50,810 nt of DNA, taken from the NCBI GenBank assembly GCA_002256025.1, contig NKIB01013818.1:1-50810 (forward strand), in the 5' to 3' direction. The notes under the pieces are model-generated. The model was not told the DNA's origin. It worked only from the letters and a program-made list of their open reading frames with translations, and searched no databases. A program made the translations under genes and the position numbers. Of this stretch, positions 23,882-35,891 are shown piece by piece. Source of the DNA: Asterionella formosa (Eukaryota). Every line of letters begins with the position of its first letter. The stretch's first letter is position 1.

Positions 23882-25532
23882 ATGACGTCGACTCGAAGGG
23901 CCAAACAAGTCCCATCCAAGAGGGAGGATGACGACACTGAACTGCATGGCCCCGATCACGAGGAGACTTCACAAGATGACGAGGACGACGAAATTGACGA
24001 CGAATCAGACGATTCTTCTGCCCGCAAGCGCAAAGTTGCTTCACCAGGCAGCGACAAGCAGCGTGTCAAAAAATCAAAAAGTGATTGGACCGACAAAGAA
24101 GACGATACTCTCCTAAAGGCTGTCCTATCCGACCGACAGAGTCGTCAACCTGTGGATGGCACTGACGATGATGCAGAGTTTGAAGATGATTGGGACGAAA
24201 TCGCCATGTCTCTTCCTGACAAGTCTCCTGTCCAATGTCTGCAGCGTTATTTGAAACTCAATAGTAAGTCGACAGCTTCAAAGGCTGCTGAGGATGAAAC
24301 GAGGAAGGCTGCTAGCGATTCGGAGAAATCCGGCAAGACGGATATTGACAGGTGGACATCGGCAGATGTTGATTTACTCAAGAAGCTCGTCGAGGCATAC
24401 CCAGACTGTAAGTTGTCTATCAGCGTGTTTGTAATTGTGAGTCAAGTTGCACTCAACACTATCTTGGCTGACTAAATCTTCTATTGTTATTTCTGCAGCT
24501 GCACCTAGATGGAATGATATTGCTGAAAATTTCGACGAACGAAGTGCTATTGATTGCCTAACCAAATGGCAATCTATAAGTATGCCACCGGTAATCAAGG
24601 GAAAAGGTTCTTGGACCGTGGAGGAGGACAACATTCTCCGGGACAAGAGACAGCTCTATGGGCGCAAGTGGGCTAAGATTGCTGCACATCTACCTGGTCG
24701 ACAGGGAAAACAGTGTCGAGAGCGATTCGTGAACCATCTGGATCCCGAACTCAAAAAAGGGGAGTGGACGGACGATGAAGAAGCTATTCTAATTGCATTA
24801 CATGAGACTCATGGTAATCGGTGGGCTAATATTTCTAAGAACCTACCTGGGAGATCTGATAACGACGTAAAGAACCATTGGTACTCGACTATCCAAAGGA
24901 AGTTTCAACAACACGGTAAAGACGTAAGTTTTCAAAATTGACGTTAAATATTGCGGTTACAAGAGTGCCGCCCAACTTCCACTTACACATCTGCGCGCGC
25001 ACTCACACATGATTCATCTCCTCACTACATAAAGAAATTAATTTCAGCCGCAGTCCAACAAGTCAACATGATGCAGAGCATGGGGAATATGCCTAGCCAA
25101 CAAGCGTCACCCCCGCCATCTGGATCTTGGCAGGCTGCCCCATACAGTCAGGCTGCTCCAGGTGGGCAGCCATCTCATCCACCACCTCCACATATCTACC
25201 ACCACCCTCCACCACCTGGTACATATGCCTATGGATATCCACCACCTCCGCCAGACGGGTACCCACCACACTATGGAGGTCCGCATATGCCACCACACTA
25301 TCAGTATCATCACCCATACTACTACCCTCACCCACCGCATGGTCGCTCCTCACATCCCCATCATTCTACACCGTCACGTGAAGGAGACAGTCCGTCCAAA
25401 AAAGGTGGAGATAGTACTTCCAAAGAGGACTACCATGGTGCATACGGGCACCCAAGGGGAGGTGATCATGGCGCGCCCGAGCGGGATTCGCGGCCTACCG
25501 ATGACGACGACGAGGAGGACGAAGAACAGTAA
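23882..25532 (+). CDS. MYB transcription factor with four Myb/SANT repeats and a P/H/Y-rich C-terminus; exons 23882-24407, 24499-24923, 25035-25532
   Basis: Repeats: WTDKEDDTLL...WDEIA...QCLQRY; WTSADVDLL...WNDIA...DCLTKW; KGSWTVEED...WAKIAAHLPGRQGKQCRERF; KGEWTDDEE...WANISKNLPGRSDNDVKNHW. GTAAGT donors at 24408 and 24924 with AG acceptors keep the frame. Confidence 0.9.
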
Positions 25533-26220
25533 TTAAATTGTGGATGGGGAATAAATTTACTAATACCCAAATCATAACATGGATTACGGGTGCGCTATCG
25601 GGGTCAATATTTGACACACAAACATGGAATTCTTGACGGGGACAACGGATTGAAGTCGGGAAGATTGGCAAGGAGTCTGCCATGGAGTGAAGGTGCTGGG
25701 TGACAACCGGGATAACCTACGGTAACAGGTACTGTGCAGCTGCCACCTTGTAGTGGTATCAGGTAGTCTGACTTTTTTTGCCATAACAACTTGACTCTAT
25801 TTTACATGTAGATACCGGGTATGCATGTACCGGTAGGGAGTAGCTCCATCAGTAGGTACAATATGTAGGGAGATGCAACTTGACAAAACGGAGAGTGCAG
25901 TAGCTCGTACTGGGAGTGCTAAGTCATGGCTGGCAAAGAAGCGTTTTGGGTGTCGCTCGTAGCAAGCATGCTTTGCTTAGGCACACCCATGGCTGTCACA
26001 CGTGTCGTGAGAGCAGCCTGTGAGCGACCTTTCACCAACATGAGACGATCGTATGCAGGAACTTACAGCGTATGACGTAAAATTCATTAATTCAGAGTTG
26101 CAATACCGGGTACCTGGTACCAGTACAGCAATACCTCGACATAATACCGGTAGTCTTACAAACAAATAATTAATTATATATGAATATACCGGTACACACA
26201 GTGTTACCAGGTAGACCCCC

Positions 26221-27245
26221 TATTCCCTTTTTCCAACTATACTACCGGTAGTTGCAACCAAACTTTAAGTCACTGCCTCTCATGAAGTGCAAGCTCCAAT
26301 AATTCTCTGGCTCACAGTCCTACCTATTTTAAAAATTATTCCGAACTGATGTTTTTAGTAGTCAAGAATTAGATCAACCTGACCTAGATTATTTGGCATT
26401 TTTTGTAGAATTGTGCCCTGGCTGATTGGAAGGTTTGCTCTGCCCCCCCCCCTTTTTTAACCCTCTATTAGTCAAAAGAGTTCATTTCTGTGAAGATAAA
26501 TAATATCAATGTCACCTTGTTCCTCCTTTTTGACAATGACATCAAGAAATGAAAAACTTGCCACCCCAAATCCACGTTTGTCCTTACATCTAACAGACAC
26601 CTCCAAGGAATTTTCGAGCAGCCCCTGCACCTCAGCATACCTCCCAAGGCATTTGGAGGAAAGGCAATCAACTGTCTCCCAATTTACCCCACAAAACAAC
26701 AAGGCATTCCATCTGCTCTTGTACCCTCTCCATTATTGCATAACAAAATGACTGCAATTGCATTCTCCTCTTATCAGTCAAGTCATCAACAATAACAATT
26801 TCCTGAAATTCAACGATGCTGCCTGACACAACATTGCTTCCAAAGACATGGTGAATTTCACATGTATGCCCATTGTTGTTGGCCTTTAGACACAAGACTT
26901 GCCAATTGATTTTCATTTTCATGCTGCAAAATTTTTGTTTGGTGAGGCACTTTGAACTTTGTTTATAGCATTTCTAGTTGATTGATCTTAATTATTGCAT
27001 ACCACTCCTTGTAGAGCAAAGCAAACATGCAGACTAGCATATTCATGTAAATTCAATAAGCCCTTATCGATCCACATGTATTGCTATTTAGCATTATACT
27101 TGCCAAAATATACTCATCTAACAAATGTACCTGCTGCCAGCATCATCTTGCCTAGAAAATGCATATTGATTCTACATAGGGCAGCTTTGAATCAAGCCAG
27201 GTTAGCCACTGAGCTTATTGGAACTAAAGTTGAACAGAAGGAGTA
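26221..27245. mobile_element. Non-autonomous Tc1/mariner (Stowaway-like) element, copy 2, about 1 kb
   Basis: Left end TA|TTCCCTTTTTCCAACTATA..GTTGC, right end AACTAAAGTTGAACAGAAGGAG|TA. TA flanks both ends. Subterminal homology to 11748-12525. Confidence 0.75.
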
Positions 27246-27282
27246 CATACTATGTTGTACATACCTATGTATCATGCTTATT

Positions 27283-28095
27283 ACCGGTACATGGTGTGAT
27301 ACTGTTGTATCATGGCGGAGTACCAGGTACGGGCGGAGTACCAGGTACGGTACCAGGGTACCTGGTACTGAACTGGTAGACTACTACCGGTATACTCCCA
27401 AAGTTTCTAACAACTGAGCAAAAACAACATACCGGTATATTCGCTTGTTATCATCCCACGTGATGCAGGACAGTGTTCCGTGATCAAGCAATGACAGATG
27501 AATAAAAATAAGAATCCGTACATACGCACAAGCGTTTTGGTCCCTGAGGTTGACTGATGAAAGAAAGATATCATGAGGCAGATGATGCATTGATTCCGAC
27601 AATGCATAGCTCGCTTGCCGGTATTATTTTGCTTACCGGTACATTATGATACGGTACCAGGTACCAGGAACTTGGTACTCGAGTGTACTACGTATTCCGG
27701 AGTAGTACCATAGAAGGTACAGGTATGTTGTCTATTGTTTGTTCATGTGGTGGTGTCTGTGGCTGGTGGTCTGTGGATGGCTGGTCGAAGATGTTCTTGT
27801 TTGAAATTGCATGCTGAAGATCACGGCCCACTTGATGAGGGGTACTAGGTACCAGGTACTGGTACCAGGTACCTGGTACTATAACTGTACCTGATAAAAA
27901 TTCTACTGTCCCCTCTACCAGCGTGGATGACGTAGCGATATTTCAGGTCGTTCCTTACCTTACCGTAGTACATACCGTATTTCTGGTTACCTGTACCTGG
28001 TACCTGGTACCTAGTACTCCGTACTACGTAGCACCCGGTACGAATAAATATTTTTTGCTTTGTTATTACAGAATGAACAGTACTACCTGGTAACG
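27283..28095. repeat. Densest GTAC/CCWGG micro-repeat field, upstream of the mS35 gene
   Basis: Exact 18-bp tandem GGCGGAGTACCAGGTACG x2 (27314-27349); GGTACTAGGTACCAGGTACTGGTACCAGGTACCTGGTACT (27841-27880); CCTGTACCTGGTACCTGGTACCTAGTAC (~27990-28017). Confidence 0.85.
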
Positions 28096-28376
28096 TATGA
28101 TACTGTGACACACCAAGGAGGGACCGACACGAGAATACCGTACAGGGAATTGATGCTCAACAGACAATCGTCCCGGGATTCTCCCCTGCAACATTTACGC
28201 GGCCGGCCTATACTGTATCCCATCAATCCTCCTCCCTCTGTCAGTTCAAAGCACCCTGGTTCGTTAACACTGTCAACACGACAGCTCCGTTCTCAGCTAA
28301 CTTATTGCTCATAAATCGACAAGCCTTTCTGATAGCAACTGCTCCCCAGTTAAAACCTCATCTCCAAATCTCGCCC

Positions 28377-28922
28377 ATGAGCCGATTTACCCTTCTTCAT
28401 CGCGCGGCTCACTCTGCTTCACGAGCTGGGGGCCGCCGAAACTTTGCGTCTACCGTTGGTAGTACTACTTCCTCCGACTATGATTCACCCTTGAAGGAGT
28501 TTTTCGACATGGTAGAACGCAACGAAACGTCCTTCCGATCGACGGAGCAGATTCTTGCCCGACGCCCTTCGTCGGTGCTAAAGTGTGGCGTCTTGGAAGA
28601 TGATCTCGAATTCTCAACCATTTGTTACGGTCGCTTGCAACTGGCCCCGCATGTACAGCCCCTGGAACACCGAGTGATTTTGAAAGTGAGTCTTGATGTC
28701 TTGCCAGTCAAGACTCTACTTGAGAAGGTCATTCTGCGGGAGATTGTGGGCAACAGGATGAACGAGCAAAAGAATGTTTTGAAAATACAGTCCAATATAT
28801 TTGGGAGTAGGATTGAGAATAAGCGTCATTTGGTGAGCATGTTGGATCGGATCATTCTTGGTACCAAGAGGTTGGCCAAGGAGATGGAGGCGGAGGAAGC
28901 AGCGCGTGAAAGCTCGGCATAG
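28377..28922 (+). CDS. MRPS35: Mitochondrial small ribosomal subunit protein mS35 (MRP-S28 domain)
   Basis: R-rich presequence MSRFTLLHRAAHSASRAGGRRNF; domain PLEHRVILKVSLDVL...LREIVGNRMN....LKIQSNIFGSRIENKRHLVSMLDRII. First ATG at 28377. Confidence 0.7.
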   Translation: MSRFTLLHRAAHSASRAGGRRNFASTVGSTTSSDYDSPLKEFFDMVERNETSFRSTEQILARRPSSVLKCGVLEDDLEFSTICYGRLQLAPHVQPLEHRVILKVSLDVLPVKTLLEKVILREIVGNRMNEQKNVLKIQSNIFGSRIENKRHLVSMLDRIILGTKRLAKEMEAEEAARESSA

Positions 28923-30692
28923 TCGTCATTCATTTAGCCTGTTCCTTGGCAACAGTACATTTGTGTACATTCATTCAAAAAATTCCATTAGTGCGGATTT
29001 TTGCCTTAAACTTGAGAATTAATAACACTAACTATGTGGAAATTTAATCGATTGTAAGATGTTCATCATGGTGAAAAGTATAGTTCATGTCGTCTCTAAT
29101 AAGATATCAGATTCCACGTCGTAAAGCCTACCAGAACACAGGAACAAAACTATGTGAAAGCAGAGAAGTTATTTGTCCCTCTGTAAAACCGGTAGTCTAG
29201 GACGACGCATCAATAAAATGCGGTTTAGAAAATCAAATACTTGTGTTGAGTCTATTTTAGAAATGTGCCGAACAATTTAGGATCGTCCTTGTTCATGAAT
29301 CATAACTGTTGGCTGATCTACTGTGCAACAATTGTATCATTGTTAGTATTGATTCGCTACACAAGTTACACAATTTAGATGTATAGTCTACTGCAATAAT
29401 CCTCCTGTCGTTTATTTAATCTATATAGATACTATGTTGTCGTGATGGCGCTTGGGAAAAGGGAATTGAGCTGATCTGAAGCATTGTAAAGCCAAGTCAG
29501 ACGAACAAGTATTCTTCCCAAAGGATGAGAAGCTGAACTTGGATAATTTTGAAATTAATTCAATAGTCACCTCACCAAGCAAAAGAAATGCACTTTGAGG
29601 AGTTCCAACTCCATTGCATTCAAACAATCATCCAAAGCTAGCTTATTTCATGATTTTGAGTGATGATGAATAGTACATTTGGACATGCATTTGCGACCAT
29701 GTCCTTGCTCAGATTTACAGCATGGGGATACATGGAGAGGGCACTCAAGGTCTTTGGATATCTGAAGAAGAGGTATTGAATTGCTATGGACTCAAGGCAA
29801 CCGAATTTTGTGGGTTTAAGGAAGTTTTCAAAAGGACTATGTCATACTGGTACTTGGAGAAGACTACCAGATGCATCAGAAGTAGTTAACTTAAATGTAT
29901 CACAATTCTTCTCCTCCCAATTGTTAACAAAAGAAACTACCAGTAAACTAGTAGTACTATCACAGCAACTCTCCTGGCGCTCTGATGATGTCCATGCATC
30001 CAAATCAGATCCAAACAGACTGTTTCCATCCCATCATATCTACATAGCACTTCATAATGAACAACAAGCAGGTGAAAGAACCACAAGAATTGACAAGAAA
30101 CTCATGCATTGTCATTAAATTGATGAATGCTCAGACAAATTGTAGGACAGACACAATGAAACAAACGAAAATAATAATTTCCAGGTACTTGTCCCACCAG
30201 CTAAAAACACAAAAGGCAATTTTTTACAAGACTCCTCCACGAGGGAGTGACCACCCTCACCCTCTCGACTGCTCCTGCTCCTGCCCGCCCACACAGTTCT
30301 GGGCCAAGGAGCGCCATGAAGACAATCTTGTAGTTATATACTGTATATAAACTATATACCGGTACATATAGGTAACTAATACTAAGAATCCGGTAAAATT
30401 TTTTTTGATTCTAAATCTATATATTTACATGTCTATATGTAACATCTCTCTCCTTCAAATTTGGGTATCACCGCTTGTGGCATCGAGAATCAAGCATAGA
30501 GCATCATACAGAGTATACAGGCGGTACAACGGTACAGCATGTTGCATCCAACAAAAGGCAATAAATAAGGTCAACCGGTGCGTAGTCAATGGCTTTATAG
30601 CAACACCAGGCAGTCTTCTCCACTTCCCAACACACAAGCCGAAAAACGTCTTGAGCAATCAAAAAAGCATCATCTTTCCAAGCAGCAAAATA

Positions 30693-33600
30693 ATGCAAGG
30701 CGAACACACAACAATAATTAGTCACAAAAGGCAACGATCCGAAATTACACAGAAACAGTATCAGTCTACGAATGATGACGATGGCGACGACAACGATGAG
30801 AATCAGCAACCAGAGAAAGCCCCTCCTATTTTGACTCCGCATATAGTACGACTCTTGAAAGTGCTCAAGGAAGGAACGTCTGCTCACGCCGAAGTGGCCG
30901 CCTCGCATATCCGAGATATTTGCCGTCAGTCATCTCCAGAGGTATTGTGGGATATCTTGGGTCGTCTACAAGGGTATTTAGTCAGCGAGGACTTTACATC
31001 TCGTCGGAATGCTGCAACAGCGATGGAAGGAGTTGCAGCTTGCTTGCCAGAAAGGAATCAAACAGAATTTCTGGAGAGTGCGATTGACGGGGAGAAGGGC
31101 CTGTGGTTGAATGTCCACGACTTGGCCAAGTTAGACGACAAGAATGAAACTGGACTACAAACTATCTTGCGAAAAGGACGACAGCTGCTTGTATCATCTG
31201 GTAACGAATTTGATTTAGAAAACAATGAGGATTTGTTTCAACGAGAGCAGAGCCAACTCGATACTTTGGATCAATCACGAGGGCAGCAAGATTTCCTGGA
31301 GCACCGAGTTCGACTTCAACGTCAAATTTTGGCTCAGCGACTTGGATTAGCGGGAGTCATGGATGCGGTCGGATCGAGTGTGTTGCCAAATGAAATTACT
31401 AGCGAAGATTTAATTGAATGCAGTCCTGGTGTGTTCGAAAGTAAAAAATGCATCAAATTGTTACCAAAAATAGAAGCAGATGATGATGATGTTTCGTCTA
31501 TTCGAGCCCTATTAGTTTTGGAAATGCAAGGACAATGCTTGTCACAACGGGGCTCGGAATCTCACAAGAATCCACAAACATTGCTTGCCACAGAACTACT
31601 CTATCGCATGTTTGATGCCGACTGGAAGAAACGACAGGGAGCAATAATGGGAATTTTGGCGTTACTCAAGGCATGGAACGGTTGCTCAACCGAGACAACG
31701 ACGTTCGGCAGTTGGCCCAGGGATATACTAACAAGGTGCTTGTGCGTCTTGGCATTAGATCGCTTTGGAGATTATGGGGAAAATATGATGGCACCTGTTC
31801 GCCAAATGGCTGGACAGTTATTGGCAGTATTGTACCGAAAAGCACCAATCCAGGTGCAAACCGAATGTCGAGCCGTACTCATGGAATTGACACGGTACGA
31901 TGCAGAATGGGAAGTGAGGCATGGTGGAATTGTTGGGTTGACATTTATTGCAGCCTTATCAGACCAGGCAACTGAAGTAGAGGGGATCTCGGCTGTCGCT
32001 ATTGGCTGCTTGTCTGACGACAACGACGACGTCAAGGGTGCTGCGGCCACGATTTTGATGACCTTCTTCCATTCCAACAAAACAATTTATTTAATCCGGG
32101 CTTGTGTAGGACCACTCTGGAAAGCAATATCAACTGTCAGAAGCGTTGCTTCGTGTGCAGAAAATTTGATATCATTGTTCTCCGCAATGTTGTGTCAAGA
32201 AACTCAAATAGTTTTGGACGGAATTGATGTAGGATTGCATCATGTTTTGACAAAACTTGTTGAATTGCTTGAGTTTGAGTCACTTTCGGTTAAGCTTGCT
32301 AGCTTGCAAGCTATTGGGAGCCTAACAAGACAAATTTCTGCGTTGGACTCAGTGAACGTGGTTAACGCCCTTATTTCACCCCACTATGCCCTCATGACAT
32401 ACTTGTTTGAAACGCACTGGAATTTAGCAACATGGACCGACGATGAATCGACTTTCGGAACATTGAAGAAGGCAAGAGACCAAGTTTGGATTCAGGTGGT
32501 CCAGCAAGTTTCGTTTCTTTTTCAGTACCTGACTCCACTGTCGCTGCAAAAGGTTCCCTTGAACGCACTCTTGCTTCGCCTCACACTGCGGTATTTCGGA
32601 ATTTTATATGAGCTTCATTCCTGGACTGAGCCAAAACGACTGGATGAATCATCCATATCCATTCAAGAGGATGCGGCGAATGCTCTCGCCTATTTCTGGG
32701 TGGTTATGATGAAAACATTCGAAATCGACCAGTTCGTTCGCTGTACTGTGTATTCTCTCATTCATTCACCATGGATCTTTCTTTGTGAATCGGCCTGCAT
32801 TTTGCACGCAGTACTCTGTCGAAGTGTAGGCTTACTTCCATGGATGGAGACTAGCCATCTACGGTTGAACGAATTTCTTCAGCAGGCGCCTGTTTGTATG
32901 CGATACCAGCATCAAGTCCAACTTGCACGAAACGTACATGGCTTTGACCATGATTTGGTTCAGCACCTTCAACGAGCCCTCCAAGCCTCTCAGCAAGTAG
33001 TCAGCGACTCCTTGATATTCACATGGACTGAAGATTTGTCGGAGGTCGTAATGATGGACACACCTGTAGGTATTGCTCAGATGAGACTGTCAGCTGTCAT
33101 TGCGGGTGCCATTGCTGCGGGTGGCAGTAATAACCTTCCGGCCAAGCTCACTCCACTTGTACGAGCGCTAACGACATCAATTAAGAGTGAGGCCGACAAC
33201 GGGCGACGAGAGTTTACTTGTAAAACTTTCTTCTGGATGCTGCAATCATTGTCTGATGAACAACATTCCAAGGTCAAGGCGAAGGTGCTATCAAACCTTT
33301 GCATGATGTTAGTGGAGAGACCTCTGGTGTGTAGCGGGAAAGCGGCGGCCCTAGTGATCAAAACGATGGTAGCCCATATACCTAGGACTCAAACTATTGA
33401 AACAATTCCACCAGTCTGGTTGCTACTAGATCCACTAACGACTGGGAACCCAATAGCATCACGAAACGATGAGGCCCTTGACCAATCTCTGGATGTTTTG
33501 AAGGTGCTTTCTGAATCACTAACGGTTGGAAGTCGTGCGACATTCCATGTTATTGAATCTACAACGTCGAATCTAGTTGGTATTGCATGTACTCACAAGT

Positions 33601-35891
33601 CCTCCGTGCGACGCCTATCTGCTGAATCGACAATCAAATTGCTTTGCAAATTAGCCGCTGGTTCGGTGCTTCGCCAATGTATTCCATCTCTACTGATTCA
33701 TCTAAAAGACATCGATAATATTGCCTTTAGAATTGGAGCTTGCAGGCTTTTACATTCCATCATCGAGGCCGTTGATATGGAAATATGCCCGTTCGTACGA
33801 ATACTCCTTCCCGTAGTCATGTCTTTGATGGCAGACCCAGAGGAAACATGCGCGAAACAAGCATCTCAAACTTTTGCTATTCTCGTTCGAGTCGCTCCTC
33901 TTGTCCGCGAAAGTGTTCCGCCGACTTGGCAGACAGGAGGGTTTGACGATCATTCTGTTGCAGTCATGGATCACCTCATTCATGGAATGCCCTTGCCCCC
34001 ATGTCAGTTTCCTTCGCTATTGACTGTAGAAATGGAGTCTGCAGGGATTTCGTTGAGAAGCTACCAGCAAGAAGGGATTTCTTGGTTGCGGTTCCTACAA
34101 TCAGTGAAATTGAATGGAGCTTTGTGTGACGACATGGGTGTTGGGAAAACGGTACAAGCCCTACTTGCCGTGGCTTTAGCTCACGCCGATGCCAATGAAT
34201 CATTTCCATGTTCGCTTGTTGTATGTCCATCAACTTTAGTCGGTCTTTGGCTTAATGAAGTGAAGAAGTTTTTCCCCAGCGATTCTGTGTTTCGTCCTTT
34301 TGCCCTTGTTGGAAATGGTAAAGAACGTACCTCCCGTTGGAAGGCGCGACCTTGTGATTGCAATCTTGTTCTTACCAGCTACGCCGTTTTGCGGAGTGAT
34401 ATCAAGATACTAGAATCCACTTGTTGGAAGTATTGCATCCTCGACGAAGGTCATCTTCTCAAAAACCCAAGGACTGCGACAGCCATCGCTGCGAGACGAT
34501 TGCGAGCAAACCACAAACTCATCTTGACAGGCACACCAGTACAGAACCATGTCAGTGAGTTATGGGCAACATTTGATTTTCTATTGCCAAACTTTCTTGG
34601 TTCACAGGCAGCATTCTCGAAAGCTTTCGCTCGACCAATTGCCAACAGCCAGCGTCCAGGGGCATCATCAGAAGCCATTAGTGTTGGGATGGAGAGGTTA
34701 AAAATTCTTCACCAGCAGGTACTACCATTTATTCTTCGTCGTGAGAAATCTCAAGTGTTGAAGGACTTGCCCCCAAAGATAGTCACGGATATTCCATGTT
34801 CACTGAGTGAAATGCAGAGTATTCTGTACAAGCAAATCTGTGAAAGCACGTCCGCACGAAAGTCACTTGCAGTTTTCGATCAAGCAATTGATCAGGTCAG
34901 TAGAACTGAATCTGCTACGAAAGAAGTGGAACTTGGATCTGAAGTATTCAAGACGCTTCTGTGCTTGCGTCTTTTATGTACGCACCCTTCCCTTGTGGTG
35001 GGCCGTGTTACGGGTCTCGGAATAAATGATTACCGGACAAGTAACCATCTGGAGGCAAGTGGGAAACTCTTAGCATTGAACGACCTACTACGTACCGCAG
35101 GTGTTGGTGGAACAGAACTCACAGCTGCTGACAATGACACGTCATTGATGTATGTTGGGTTTAAAGATTCAAAAGACACTGTTACAACAATTCTTGATGA
35201 AGATGATAACGATGATGAGTTCCCTACAATTAGTAACGGACGATCAAATCAAGGAGACAATGAAAATCCGAAATGTTTAATCTTCGCTCAGTTCTCTCAA
35301 AGTCTTGATATCGTAGAGACTCTTCTCTTTAAACCTCACATGCCCTCCCTTAGATATCTTCGGCTAGATGGCAGCATTCCACAAGACAGGCGATCTGAAG
35401 TAGTGGACACATTCAACAATGATGATAGTATTCGCGTCCTCCTTTTGACAACGCGAGTTGGAGGGCTCGGTTTGAACTTAACATCTGCCAGCATGGTTGT
35501 TTTTTTAGAACATGACTATAATCCACATGCTGATTTGCAAGCAGCAGATCGGTGTTACCGTCTCGGACAATCGAAAACGGTGAATATCTATCGCTTGATA
35601 ACAACAGATACCATTGAAGAAAAGATTCGAACGCTTCAAAAGGTGAAGCTTGCCATGAGTGATGCCATTGTTAACACTGAAAACTCCTCCATGTACTCGA
35701 TGGGCACTGATCGATTGCTGGATATCTTTACCTTTCGTAGTGATCAAGATGACGAGAAGCTGAACACGAAGGGATCTAAAGCAAAACGAATCGACACGGA
35801 TTCAATCGACAATGTATACAGTTCTAACGAATATGAATCGCTTTCAGTCCAGGAGTTTGTCAAGGGATTCGCCGTGAATAGGAAAAATTGA
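30693..35891 (+). CDS. BTAF1: TBP-associated Swi2/Snf2 ATPase MOT1/BTAF1
   Basis: N-terminal HEAT region with LALDRFGDY..APVRQMAGQLL and WEVRHGG. Snf2 motifs ALCDDMGVGKT, ILDEGH, LTGTPVQN, LHQQVLPFILRR, LLTTRVGGLGLNLT, QAADRCYRLGQ. Start ATG at 30693 is inferred; the frame is open from 30405. Confidence 0.93.
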   Translation: MQGEHTTIISHKRQRSEITQKQYQSTNDDDGDDNDENQQPEKAPPILTPHIVRLLKVLKEGTSAHAEVAASHIRDICRQSSPEVLWDILGRLQGYLVSEDFTSRRNAATAMEGVAACLPERNQTEFLESAIDGEKGLWLNVHDLAKLDDKNETGLQTILRKGRQLLVSSGNEFDLENNEDLFQREQSQLDTLDQSRGQQDFLEHRVRLQRQILAQRLGLAGVMDAVGSSVLPNEITSEDLIECSPGVFESKKCIKLLPKIEADDDDVSSIRALLVLEMQGQCLSQRGSESHKNPQTLLATELLYRMFDADWKKRQGAIMGILALLKAWNGCSTETTTFGSWPRDILTRCLCVLALDRFGDYGENMMAPVRQMAGQLLAVLYRKAPIQVQTECRAVLMELTRYDAEWEVRHGGIVGLTFIAALSDQATEVEGISAVAIGCLSDDNDDVKGAAATILMTFFHSNKTIYLIRACVGPLWKAISTVRSVASCAENLISLFSAMLCQETQIVLDGIDVGLHHVLTKLVELLEFESLSVKLASLQAIGSLTRQISALDSVNVVNALISPHYALMTYLFETHWNLATWTDDESTFGTLKKARDQVWIQVVQQVSFLFQYLTPLSLQKVPLNALLLRLTLRYFGILYELHSWTEPKRLDESSISIQEDAANALAYFWVVMMKTFEIDQFVRCTVYSLIHSPWIFLCESACILHAVLCRSVGLLPWMETSHLRLNEFLQQAPVCMRYQHQVQLARNVHGFDHDLVQHLQRALQASQQVVSDSLIFTWTEDLSEVVMMDTPVGIAQMRLSAVIAGAIAAGGSNNLPAKLTPLVRALTTSIKSEADNGRREFTCKTFFWMLQSLSDEQHSKVKAKVLSNLCMMLVERPLVCSGKAAALVIKTMVAHIPRTQTIETIPPVWLLLDPLTTGNPIASRNDEALDQSLDVLKVLSESLTVGSRATFHVIESTTSNLVGIACTHKSSVRRLSAESTIKLLCKLAAGSVLRQCIPSLLIHLKDIDNIAFRIGACRLLHSIIEAVDMEICPFVRILLPVVMSLMADPEETCAKQASQTFAILVRVAPLVRESVPPTWQTGGFDDHSVAVMDHLIHGMPLPPCQFPSLLTVEMESAGISLRSYQQEGISWLRFLQSVKLNGALCDDMGVGKTVQALLAVALAHADANESFPCSLVVCPSTLVGLWLNEVKKFFPSDSVFRPFALVGNGKERTSRWKARPCDCNLVLTSYAVLRSDIKILESTCWKYCILDEGHLLKNPRTATAIAARRLRANHKLILTGTPVQNHVSELWATFDFLLPNFLGSQAAFSKAFARPIANSQRPGASSEAISVGMERLKILHQQVLPFILRREKSQVLKDLPPKIVTDIPCSLSEMQSILYKQICESTSARKSLAVFDQAIDQVSRTESATKEVELGSEVFKTLLCLRLLCTHPSLVVGRVTGLGINDYRTSNHLEASGKLLALNDLLRTAGVGGTELTAADNDTSLMYVGFKDSKDTVTTILDEDDNDDEFPTISNGRSNQGDNENPKCLIFAQFSQSLDIVETLLFKPHMPSLRYLRLDGSIPQDRRSEVVDTFNNDDSIRVLLLTTRVGGLGLNLTSASMVVFLEHDYNPHADLQAADRCYRLGQSKTVNIYRLITTDTIEEKIRTLQKVKLAMSDAIVNTENSSMYSMGTDRLLDIFTFRSDQDDEKLNTKGSKAKRIDTDSIDNVYSSNEYESLSVQEFVKGFAVNRKN

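Noticed and set aside
30405..30692. N-terminal extension of MOT1 (likewise the upstream extensions of the RPA49, mS35, VPS72 and 36402-37112 ORFs)
   Set aside because: The extensions mostly start at non-ATG codons and read like UTR or promoter sequence; downstream ATGs fit better.
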